The notes under the pieces are model-generated. The model ran no database searches, was not told where the DNA came from, and was given only the letters and a program-made list of their open reading frames with translations. Positions 26,057 to 34,045 of a stretch of 64,000 bases of DNA are shown piece after piece. The position numbers and the translations under genes are program-made. The stretch lies in the NCBI GenBank assembly GCA_030428945.1, contig JAUIEC010000001.1, positions 156,438 to 220,437 on the forward strand, written 5' to 3'. How positions within the stretch are numbered: position 1 is the stretch's first letter; every line of letters starts with the position of its first letter. This DNA is from Phycisphaerae bacterium. Lineage in GTDB: Bacteria; Planctomycetota; Phycisphaerae; UBA1845; Fen-1342.

Positions 26057-26955
26057 GCAACCCGACCGACGATTCGTTTTCCGTGCGACTGAGCCAGGCG
26101 GCGGGGGGCGGGCAGGCGCCGGCCGATCCGCGGGAGGAGATTGGCGAACTGCCGAACCGCAGGTCGACGGAGCCGGCTGCGCAGCCGCAGGAGGCCGCGT
26201 TCAATCCGCTGGACTCGTTCGCGGCCCGGCTGGAGTCGCACCTGGACCAGGCGGCGCCGCAGCAGCAGGAACCGGCGGCGCCGCGCGTCGCGCCGGACGC
26301 GGTGATCCGGGCCGAGGCGTGCGGGGCCGGTGCGCACGAGGTGGCCCGCGGCGCGTGCCTGGCGGGGATCGCGCGGCAGGTCGGGCACGACTGGGAGACG
26401 ATCTGGAACGACCCGGCCAACGCGCCGGTGCGCGAGGCGCGTCAGGACCCGAACCTGCTGCTGGCGGGTGACCGGCTGCACATTCCGCCGCAGGAGGCCA
26501 AGCAGGAGTCGGTGGCGACGGAGGCCCGGCATCGGTTCGTGCTGCACAGCGCGCCGGTGCGGCTGGTGCTGCAGTTGAAGGACGAGGCCGGCAAGCCGCG
26601 GGCGAACCTGGCGTACACGCTGGAGGTCGACGGTGCGGCGCGGGAGGGCTTCACCGATCCGAGCGGGACGCTGCGCGAGTTCGTGCCGGCCGAAGCCCGC
26701 GAGGCGCTGCTGACGCTGACGGAATCGGGCGAGGCCTATCCGTTGCGGCTGGGGGCCCTGCAGACGGCCGAGGCGTGTGGCGGCGTGCAGGCGCGGCTGA
26801 ACAACCTGGGTTTCCACTGTGGTCCGCCGAGCGGGCAGTGGGACGAGCGGACGCGGCTGGCGCTGAAGGCATTCCAGGGTCGCGAGGGCCTGCCGGCGCA
26901 CGGAGAACTGGACGAGGCGACGCTGCAGCGCCTGCGGGCGACGCACAGGAGTTAG
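26053..26955 (+). CDS. LysM-like plus peptidoglycan-binding (PGBD_1-like) domain protein, no signal peptide
   Basis: LysM-like HEVARGACLAGIARQVGHDWETIWNDPAN...LLLAGDRLHIP. PG-binding-like GVQARLNNLGFHCGPPSGQWDERTRLALKAFQGREGLPAHGELDEATLQRL. ATGA overlap with the vgrG stop. Confidence 0.7.
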   Translation: MSNPTDDSFSVRLSQAAGGGQAPADPREEIGELPNRRSTEPAAQPQEAAFNPLDSFAARLESHLDQAAPQQQEPAAPRVAPDAVIRAEACGAGAHEVARGACLAGIARQVGHDWETIWNDPANAPVREARQDPNLLLAGDRLHIPPQEAKQESVATEARHRFVLHSAPVRLVLQLKDEAGKPRANLAYTLEVDGAAREGFTDPSGTLREFVPAEAREALLTLTESGEAYPLRLGALQTAEACGGVQARLNNLGFHCGPPSGQWDERTRLALKAFQGREGLPAHGELDEATLQRLRATHRS

Positions 26956-27014
26956 TGAGCAGGTAAGCGGGTAGGCAGGTGTGCTGCGGGGCCTTTTCGG
27001 GCGTTGGATTGGAG

Positions 27015-28028
27015 ATGGCGGTGTCAACGACGACTTCGAGTGATGCGATCTTTGCGGACTGGATGCAGAAGGCGCTGACGTTTCCGGATCCGGGGCATGG
27101 TCACCGGCACAAGCCGATCAACATCTCGTGCTGGATCGCGCTGCATGCCGAGCAACTGGTGGTGACGGTGCACACGGTCTGTTACTCGCAGTATTTCAAC
27201 GACACGCATCGCCAGGGCTGGACCAGCGGGATCAAGTCGTGCTGGGACGGCGAGTTCCTGATCGAGGCCGACGCGACGCCGGGCGGCGGGCACGATGTGC
27301 CGCTGTCGGTGCCGGGCACCGAGACGCCGGCCGTGCTGCGGCCGCAGACCTGGCAGGTTCCGATCGTGTTCGATCCGCGGTTCTACAAGAGCGGCGATCC
27401 GAATGCGCCGGCCAACGCCGACTGTTCGCCGCCGATTCATCGGATCGTCGACCCGGCCGTCGAGCGCGGTGACACGAACAACTGGTGGGGCAAGGACAGG
27501 AATCCGCAGGACACGATGGGGCACATGGCCGCCCACGAGTTCGGGCATTACATCGGCTGCGGGGACGAGTACGGGCTGCACGAGGCGGCCTTCCAGAGCG
27601 TGGTCGGTCGGGCGCCGCGTCCGGACGAGCGGATGGTCGGCAAGGACGGCGTCCCGAACGGGCTGTACAGCACGCACGACAGCATCATGGGGTTGTACAC
27701 GGATCAGTTTCCGAAGCGGCGGCACGCCGAGATGATCGTGGACTGGCTGAACGAGACATACGTGCCGCGGCAGAGCCTGGTCGAGCGCTTCATCCTGCGG
27801 ACCTATGACGAACTGGGCGGGGATCCGATCGGGGAGAACGACTGGTCGTGGTACACGGTCCAGGAGGGCGAGTGGCTGTCGCACATCGCCGAGCGGCACG
27901 GCTACACCTGGGATCAGCTCTACAACTACGACCCGGTCGGCGGCGAGCCGAACCGCATGCTGCTGAGCAGCGGCGACCCGAACCTGATCTATCCCGGCGA
28001 ACAGATTCGCGTTCCGAACGGAGGCTGA
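27015..28028 (+). CDS. HExxH zinc metallopeptidase-like protein with a C-terminal LysM domain (candidate T6SS effector)
   Basis: HEFGHYIGCGDEYG (HExxH plus a downstream acidic GDEY). C-terminal LysM YTVQEGEWLSHIAERHGYTWDQLYNYD...GDPNLIYPGEQIRVP. No signal peptide. GGAG located before the ATG at 27015. Confidence 0.7.
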   Translation: MAVSTTTSSDAIFADWMQKALTFPDPGHGHRHKPINISCWIALHAEQLVVTVHTVCYSQYFNDTHRQGWTSGIKSCWDGEFLIEADATPGGGHDVPLSVPGTETPAVLRPQTWQVPIVFDPRFYKSGDPNAPANADCSPPIHRIVDPAVERGDTNNWWGKDRNPQDTMGHMAAHEFGHYIGCGDEYGLHEAAFQSVVGRAPRPDERMVGKDGVPNGLYSTHDSIMGLYTDQFPKRRHAEMIVDWLNETYVPRQSLVERFILRTYDELGGDPIGENDWSWYTVQEGEWLSHIAERHGYTWDQLYNYDPVGGEPNRMLLSSGDPNLIYPGEQIRVPNGG

Positions 28029-28030
28029 AC

Positions 28031-28858
28031 GTGCCGGCTGCCGCCCGCGTACTGGACACGACTTCGCACGGTACACCGCTGATGCCCGGACCCGGCAGCA
28101 GTGACGTGCTGATCGGCATGCTGCCGGCCTGGCGGGCGCTGCCGGCGGGAGTCGGCGCGGGGCTCGAATCGGCCTCGTCGCAGATGCAGTCGCTGATGTC
28201 GTCGCCGAGCCTGACGCCCGTGGATGCGACCGCCACGCTGGTGCAGGTGCAGACCGGGCTGGCGCAGTCGGCGGCGGCGGCCACCGCGGACGGAAACATG
28301 TCGGCCCTGCCGAGCACGGCCTCGGCGATGGTCAGCCTGAACGCGACCAACGCGGCGCTGACGGCCACCTACCTGGCGGCCGCGGCGGTGCCGGGCGGCG
28401 CGGCGGCCGCGGGCGTGGCGTATGCGCAGGGTCTGCAGGCGGCGGCCGCGGCAACCGTCGGGGCGGCGTTCCAGGCGATCGCGGGGACGACCGACCTGCA
28501 CAACTGTCCGATTCCCTGTCCGATCCCGCCGCACGGACCGGGGGTGGTGACGCAGGCGAGCACGAGCGTGTTCGTCAACAACCTGCCGGCCGTGCGGCAG
28601 GCGGACAACGTGGTCGAGGCCTGCGGCGGTTCGAACGCGATCGCGATGGGGGCGCCGACCGTGTTCATCGGGGACCAGGGCGGCAGCAGTTCGCCGGCGG
28701 GGCAGAGCGGGTCCTCGGTGACGGGGGCGGTGGCGAGTTTCGTGGCGACGGTCGCGGACGTGATCGCGGCGGCGACGGTGATCATGCAGAACGAGGCGGC
28801 GGCGACGAGCGGTGCGGCGTTGTGCGAGGTCTGCGACGATTCGGGGGCGGGCACATGA
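28031..28858 (+). CDS. PAAR-domain protein with an Ala/Ser-rich insertion
   Basis: GTG start gives MPAAARVLDTTSHGTPLMPGPGSSDVLIGMLPAWRA (PAAR motif 1). The C-terminal HNCPIPCPIPPHG...NLPAVRQADNVVEACGGSNAIAMGAPTVFIG is PAAR motif 2. GGAGG RBS located 5 nt upstream inside the preceding gene. Confidence 0.8.
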   Translation: MPAAARVLDTTSHGTPLMPGPGSSDVLIGMLPAWRALPAGVGAGLESASSQMQSLMSSPSLTPVDATATLVQVQTGLAQSAAAATADGNMSALPSTASAMVSLNATNAALTATYLAAAAVPGGAAAAGVAYAQGLQAAAAATVGAAFQAIAGTTDLHNCPIPCPIPPHGPGVVTQASTSVFVNNLPAVRQADNVVEACGGSNAIAMGAPTVFIGDQGGSSSPAGQSGSSVTGAVASFVATVADVIAAATVIMQNEAAATSGAALCEVCDDSGAGT

Positions 28859-29241
28859 AGCCGGTGTTCACGCTGCGCGACGCGCACCTGGAGGCGTTTG
28901 CCGCGGCGGCGCGGGAGAGCTTCGAGGATCGCATGCTGGCGCACGTCCGCCTGGCGTTTCGCGCGCGGCATGACGAACTGGGCGCGGTCGAGTCCCGCCG
29001 CTGGGTCCGCAGCGGGATCGAGCGGGCGGCCGACTACGGGATCACGGTCGAACGGGACGTCAGTCGCTTCATCCGGCTGATGTTTCAACTGGGTGAGAAC
29101 TTCGACCGCGGGCAGGCCCGGGCGATGCTGGCGCGGCGCGACGTGCCGGCCGCGCTGCGGTTGAACCGGGTGCTGACGATGGCGGTCAGTTCGGGGGCCC
29201 TGCCGGCCGGGACGGTGCGGGCGGTGGAGGCGGAGTCGTGA
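28855..29241 (+). CDS. Hypothetical 128-aa cytoplasmic protein in the vgrG operon
   Basis: ACATGA stop/start overlap with the PAAR gene. Coding-like bias. No signal peptide or recognisable motif. Confidence 0.55.
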   Translation: MKPVFTLRDAHLEAFAAAARESFEDRMLAHVRLAFRARHDELGAVESRRWVRSGIERAADYGITVERDVSRFIRLMFQLGENFDRGQARAMLARRDVPAALRLNRVLTMAVSSGALPAGTVRAVEAES

Positions 29242-30425
29242 GGCTGACAAAGCTGACGCTGCACTACCTGCTCTGCGTGCAGTCGCAGGAGGGGGCGACG
29301 GTCGGGGGCATCAACGTGTCGGATGACGAGATCCGGCTGGAGCTGGGCAGCCTGGTGGTTGCGCGGGCGAACATGCTGCCGGGTCAGACGCTGACCGACT
29401 TCAGCCAGAGCGTGTTCGAGTTCGAGCACGCCCCGGAGTTCCGGCTGTACGAGGAGGACGTCGAGTACGTCGGGGACGGCGACGACCTGCTGGGGGCCTG
29501 GACGGTCGAGACGGTCAAGGGCGTGCACGTGGCGCACTTCGCGCAGAGCGGGGCCTACTACATGCTGCAGTACGAGGTCGAGCCGCCGCCGGATCCGACC
29601 AGCCCCTCGGAGCGGTGCGGCGCGCCGCCGGGCGAGACGCTCGCGTACGTGACCTGCGGGCACGACGTGCCGGAGTCGCAGCGGTTCGACGAGTACCGCG
29701 AGATCATCGAATCGCTCGGGGTGTTCCTTGAGGACGGCTACAACCTGATCGGGCTGCGGTGCCTGGACTACGAGACGCGCGAGATCGTCGAGAACACCTG
29801 GAACGCCTGGAACGACACGCTGGCGGTCGTCTGGCTGGACGCGGCCGGGACCAAGCGGGTGGTCGAGTACCAGGGCACCTGCGATCCGGGCAAGCACTCC
29901 AAGACCGCGCACGAGGATGGCGAGGATGCCAATCCGAACGGGCTGGCGCACCTCTGTGACGGGCAGTGGGAGTACGAGTGCGGCTATCACCACGGCAGCT
30001 ATCCGTGCCTGGTGCAGAAAGAGGACGTGACGGTCTGGCGGAGCCAGTTCGGCGATGACGGCTGGGCGAACAACACCTTCGAGGAAGGCGAGCAGACCGA
30101 CACGGGCATCTTCGGGATCAACATTCACGCCTCGAAGGACAACTCGTCGGGCGTCTACAACTGGTCGGCCGGCTGCCAGGTGTTCCGCAGTTCGAAGGGC
30201 GCGGGCACGCGTTACGCCGAGGTGATGGGCTCGGGGACCAAGGGCGATTCCGAGCACGGCGGATACGTCGGCGAGCATTTCGAGACGCACGACGTGATCT
30301 ACTACACGGTCGTGACGGCCCGGGAGAAGGGCACCGAAGAGGACAACGTGCCGTGCGCGTGCGAGGCCGGGGACGGTGAGGTCGGGGCCGGGAGCGTGGC
30401 GTGTCCACAGGAGGGTGCCTCGTGA
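29238..30425 (+). CDS. Hypothetical 395-aa protein with a YkuD (L,D-transpeptidase fold)-like Cys/His motif (candidate effector)
   Basis: GTGA overlap with the preceding gene. The segment GIFGINIHAS...GVYNWSAGCQVFRS resembles the YkuD HG...SHGCIR active-site region. No signal peptide. Confidence 0.5.
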   Translation: MRLTKLTLHYLLCVQSQEGATVGGINVSDDEIRLELGSLVVARANMLPGQTLTDFSQSVFEFEHAPEFRLYEEDVEYVGDGDDLLGAWTVETVKGVHVAHFAQSGAYYMLQYEVEPPPDPTSPSERCGAPPGETLAYVTCGHDVPESQRFDEYREIIESLGVFLEDGYNLIGLRCLDYETREIVENTWNAWNDTLAVVWLDAAGTKRVVEYQGTCDPGKHSKTAHEDGEDANPNGLAHLCDGQWEYECGYHHGSYPCLVQKEDVTVWRSQFGDDGWANNTFEEGEQTDTGIFGINIHASKDNSSGVYNWSAGCQVFRSSKGAGTRYAEVMGSGTKGDSEHGGYVGEHFETHDVIYYTVVTAREKGTEEDNVPCACEAGDGEVGAGSVACPQEGAS

Positions 30426-30955
30426 TTGCCGAGCGCGTGCTCGAGCCGCTGCAGCGGGGGCTGCGGGCCGGTGACCAGGCGGGGCTGCACTGGTACGCGG
30501 TGGTCGACGCCGCGCAGCCGCTGGATGCGATCCGGCGGGTGCGGGTGGCGCGGCGCAAGAACCGGACGCTGTACCAGGGACGGCTCGGGGCCCTGGCACA
30601 CGCGGCGGCGCCGTACCTGGTGGAACTGGACCTGCAGGACAACCTGACGGCCTGGCTGCTGGCGCACGGGAGCCAGCACTGGGGGATCCTGCTGCAGTCA
30701 TCGGCCGACTTCGAGACGGTTCGACAGCACCTGCGGCGGTTCCTGGTGGTCAGCGATCCGGAGGGTCGTCGGCAGCGGTTCCGGTTCTACGATCCGCGGA
30801 TCCTGCGTGCGTTCCTGCCGGTCTGCACGGGCGAAGAGGCGGCCAGGTTCTTCGGTCCGGTCAAGCGGTACTACGCGGTGGGGCGCGACCTGCTCGACTG
30901 GGAGCGCTTCTCGGCCGTCTCGCGCGGCGTGCATCGGGAGCAGGTAAGCAGGTAA
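30401..30955 (+). CDS. DUF4123-like protein (T6SS effector adaptor Tap/Tec family)
   Basis: LHWYAVVDAAQPLDAIRRV...RTLYQGRLGALAHAAAPYLVELD matches the DUF4123 LYALxDGA...L(Y/F)xG...APxLV pattern. An alternative GTG start at 30422 overlaps the upstream stop. The last codons and the TAA stop are supplied by the heptamer tract. Confidence 0.55.
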   Translation: MSTGGCLVIAERVLEPLQRGLRAGDQAGLHWYAVVDAAQPLDAIRRVRVARRKNRTLYQGRLGALAHAAAPYLVELDLQDNLTAWLLAHGSQHWGILLQSSADFETVRQHLRRFLVVSDPEGRRQRFRFYDPRILRAFLPVCTGEEAARFFGPVKRYYAVGRDLLDWERFSAVSRGVHREQVSR

Positions 30956-30996
30956 GCAGGTGAGCACGTAAGCACGTAGGCAAGCAGCAAGTGACC
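30939..30996 (+). repeat. GCAAGTRA-type heptamer tract (family A) overlapping the end of the DUF4123 gene
   Basis: gagcaggtaagcaggtaagcaggtgagcacgtaagcacgtaggcaagcagcaagtga. Confidence 0.8.
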
Positions 30997-31213
30997 ATGC
31001 GTGGGTCCACCCACTGATGAAGCCGCTCGACAACAACCGCGGCGCGCTCACCGATCGCGCCGCGACGCATCATCCGGATGCATTCTAGGTGTGCTAGGCA
31101 AGGCCCCGGGTGTCCTACAAGACTGGGGTGGAAATCTAATCGCGGGCGGGGGGTTTGCACGGCAGACTGGGGACGGTTACACGAAGAGTGCCGGGTAGTC
31201 CGGTTGAGGAGGA

Positions 31214-32782
31214 ATGCACATGTCACTGTTCATTGTTCTGGTCGGGGTGATCCTGGCGATTCTGCTGATTGGTTCGGTGTTCACGCACTTCCGGGCGCTG
31301 CCGATTCGGATCGCGGGCATCGTCGGCGGCGTGCTGGTGATCCTGCTGAGCGTCTGGACCGGTTCGTTCCGGTACGTGAGCGAAGACGGGATCGGGGTCG
31401 TGGTCAAGAATTTCGGGACGAAGATGCCGGCCGGGCAGATCATCGCGACCAACGGCGAGACCGGTCCGCAGGCGAAGGTGCTTGGCCCGGGCTGGCACCC
31501 GTGGTTGTGGCCGTTCGTCTACGACATCGACATTGAGCCGGTGGTCGAGATCGAGGAGGGGGAGATCGGTCTGCTGACGACGACGGACGGCAAGCCGCTG
31601 CCGCCGGGCGAGATCTACGCGCCGGAGTGGGATGACAAGAAGCAGATGCTGGACGCCGACTATTTCCTGGGCACGGGCAACGGGTACAAGGGTCCGCAGG
31701 CGTCGGTGCTGTCGCCGGGCAAGTACCGGATCAATCCGAAGCTGTACCGGGTCGAGAAGCAGCCGGTGCTGAACATCGAGAAGGCGACCGTCGGCGTGGT
31801 CAAGTCGAACGTCGGCGAGGCGCCGCCGCAGACCGAGGGTGAGCCGCTGGTGGATCGCGGCAAGCGCGGGATCTGGAGCGAGCCGTACCTGCCGCAGAAG
31901 CTGTACCTGAACCCGAACGCGTTCGAGGTGACGGTGATTTCGACGGCCGAGCGGACGGTGCGGTACACGAAGGAGGCCTCGCTGGGCGAGGAGAGCGCGA
32001 TCACGGTGCGGTCGTCGGACGGGTTCACGTTCCCGGTGGATGTGCGGATCGAGTACCGGATCAAGCCGCAGGATGCGCCGCTGGTGGTGGCCAAGTTCGG
32101 CGATGACGGCGAGCAGTTGATGGCCCGTCTGACGTCGGCGGTGCGGGCGATCTTTCGGAACAACGCCGAATCGGTCAAGGCGCTGGACTACGTGCAGCAG
32201 CGTTCGAAGCAGGAGACGCAGTCGCTCGAGGCCCTCGCGACGGCGATGACGGCCGTGGGCGTGACGGTCACGGCCGTGCGGATCGGCGATGTCGGTGACG
32301 AAGCGACGCTCGGCCCGCTGCTGAAGACGCAGACGGACCGCGAAATCGCGATCCAGGAGCAGAAGACCTTCGACGAGCAGCAGCGGACGGCCGAGCGGAA
32401 GAAGGAACTGGCCCGGACCGAGCAGGAAGCGGAGGAGGAGAAGCGCCTGGCGACGGCGAACTACCAGGTGAAGATCGCCGAGCAGGACAAGGAGAAGCGG
32501 ATCATCAGCGCGCAGGCCGAGGCGGAGGCGATCAAGATCGAGGCCGAGGCGCAGGCGGACGCGTACAAGCTGATCGCCAGCCAGATCGGCAAGGGGAATG
32601 CGGCGCTGGTGGAACTGATGCGGATCGTGGGTGACAGCAACGTCAACATCACGCCGCGGGTGATGGTCAGCGGCGGCCCGACCGGCGGGGGCTTCGGTGC
32701 GGGGGGCGAGACGACGGCGCTGATCGGGACGATGCTGGACACGATGCTGGAGAAGAACCCGGAGACGCCGGCCGTCGAGTAG
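31214..32782 (+). CDS. SPFH / band-7 (flotillin-like) membrane protein
   Basis: Two N-terminal TM segments, an SPFH-like core (EVTVISTAERTVRYTKEASLGEESAITVRSSDGFTFPVDVRIEYRI) and a long Glu/Ala/Lys coiled coil (EAEAIKIEAEAQADAYK). Confidence 0.75.
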   Translation: MHMSLFIVLVGVILAILLIGSVFTHFRALPIRIAGIVGGVLVILLSVWTGSFRYVSEDGIGVVVKNFGTKMPAGQIIATNGETGPQAKVLGPGWHPWLWPFVYDIDIEPVVEIEEGEIGLLTTTDGKPLPPGEIYAPEWDDKKQMLDADYFLGTGNGYKGPQASVLSPGKYRINPKLYRVEKQPVLNIEKATVGVVKSNVGEAPPQTEGEPLVDRGKRGIWSEPYLPQKLYLNPNAFEVTVISTAERTVRYTKEASLGEESAITVRSSDGFTFPVDVRIEYRIKPQDAPLVVAKFGDDGEQLMARLTSAVRAIFRNNAESVKALDYVQQRSKQETQSLEALATAMTAVGVTVTAVRIGDVGDEATLGPLLKTQTDREIAIQEQKTFDEQQRTAERKKELARTEQEAEEEKRLATANYQVKIAEQDKEKRIISAQAEAEAIKIEAEAQADAYKLIASQIGKGNAALVELMRIVGDSNVNITPRVMVSGGPTGGGFGAGGETTALIGTMLDTMLEKNPETPAVE

Positions 32783-32809
32783 GCGGGTTTCGGATTTCGG
32801 ATGCGGATT

Positions 32810-32840
32810 GGGTCCGGCCGCCCGGGCCCAGTCCTTTTTT
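32810..32840 (+). terminator. Candidate intrinsic terminator for the SPFH gene
   Basis: GGGTCCGG-ccgc-CCGGGCCC forms an 8-bp stem (one G·U wobble) with a 4-nt loop, followed by agtccTTTTTT. This is a rare T-run in this genome. Confidence 0.5.
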
Positions 32841-33100
32841 GTTGGACCTTTGGCGTTCGTAGCCACAAACATAGCCATGAATAGCCATTCTGTTGCTGCG
32901 GGCGGGTCAGCGTCCGGGATGTCATTCGTCTCACGGAGGCACCGCGCGGCTCGGTGAAGAAGCATCTGTCGGACCTGGTCGCAAGCGGCTATCTCGCGGC
33001 GGTTGGTCGGGGGCGGGGCGTGCAGTACGTCCTCAAGTGAGGTGGCTGTCGCGCGGGCGACCATGCTCACCGTGGGCCCCCGGTCCATTCGTCCGAGCCG

Positions 33101-34045
33101 CTACGGCGCGGGTCTGTCTCCCAACTGCCGCAGTCTGGCGATTCGGTCGGGCTCGTTTTCGACCAGCCACGGGTCCTGGCTGAGGCGCTCGTGGGCCCTG
33201 GCGAAGTACGGGCGGGCCGCTTCGGCGCTTCCCTGCGCCAGCAGGCACTCGGCCAGCTCTTCCCAGGTGTAGCCGGGTTCGGCGTCTTCGAGCGGGCTGG
33301 CTTCCAGTTCGCGCAGGATCTTCAGCGCGTCGTCGAGGCGGCCCTGCATGCGGCAGGTCTTGGCGATGCACCAGCGCGCGATCTGGATCTCGGCCGCGGT
33401 GCCCGATTCCTCTCGAAAAACCAGCGCTCTCTCGAAACTGTCGAGGGCCCGGTCGTAGTCCCGCTGCTCGAAATGCGTCCAGCCGATGTTGTTGGCCAGC
33501 GAACCGCGCCACTTGCGGGCGGCCGGGTCGTCGGATGCCTCGGCCAGGGCGAACGCGCGCTCGTTCCAGGCGAGGGCCTCCGCGGGCGGGCTGACGATCG
33601 CGAGCATGTGGGCCGCGTCGACGGCGAGCCCGTCCCGGCCGGCCTCGCCCGCCCGTTTCCAGGCGTCCTGGAAGTCGCGGGTCGCGGCGGGCTTGTCGCC
33701 GGCGGAGTTGAACGTGCGGCCGCGTTCGAGCCGGTGCCGGATGGTGGCGGTCTGCATGTTCGGTCGGGCGAGCATGGCCTGGACCTGATCGAGGACCGCG
33801 TGGGCCTGGTCGAAGTTGCGGCGCAGCGAGTGCGTGCGGGCGATCTGGGTGAGCAGTTCGGCAATGTATTCCGGCGGTGCGGTGTCGCGCGTGTCGCGGA
33901 GGATCTGCTCGAAGCGGGCGGCCGTCTCGGCGGGCTGGTTGTAGTTCCACCGGGCGTCGAAGTCGGGGAGTGATCCGGGCGTTGGCTGCGTCATGCGGCA
34001 CCCGAGTTGCAGAAGGAGCAGGATCGCGAACGGGACGCGGATCAT
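33101..34045 (-). CDS. TPR-repeat lipoprotein
   Basis: Start at MIRVPFAILLLLQLGC (lipobox). TPR-like helical repeats (AHAVLDQV..., YDRALDSFERAL...). Confidence 0.65.
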   Translation of the reverse strand: MIRVPFAILLLLQLGCRMTQPTPGSLPDFDARWNYNQPAETAARFEQILRDTRDTAPPEYIAELLTQIARTHSLRRNFDQAHAVLDQVQAMLARPNMQTATIRHRLERGRTFNSAGDKPAATRDFQDAWKRAGEAGRDGLAVDAAHMLAIVSPPAEALAWNERAFALAEASDDPAARKWRGSLANNIGWTHFEQRDYDRALDSFERALVFREESGTAAEIQIARWCIAKTCRMQGRLDDALKILRELEASPLEDAEPGYTWEELAECLLAQGSAEAARPYFARAHERLSQDPWLVENEPDRIARLRQLGDRPAP

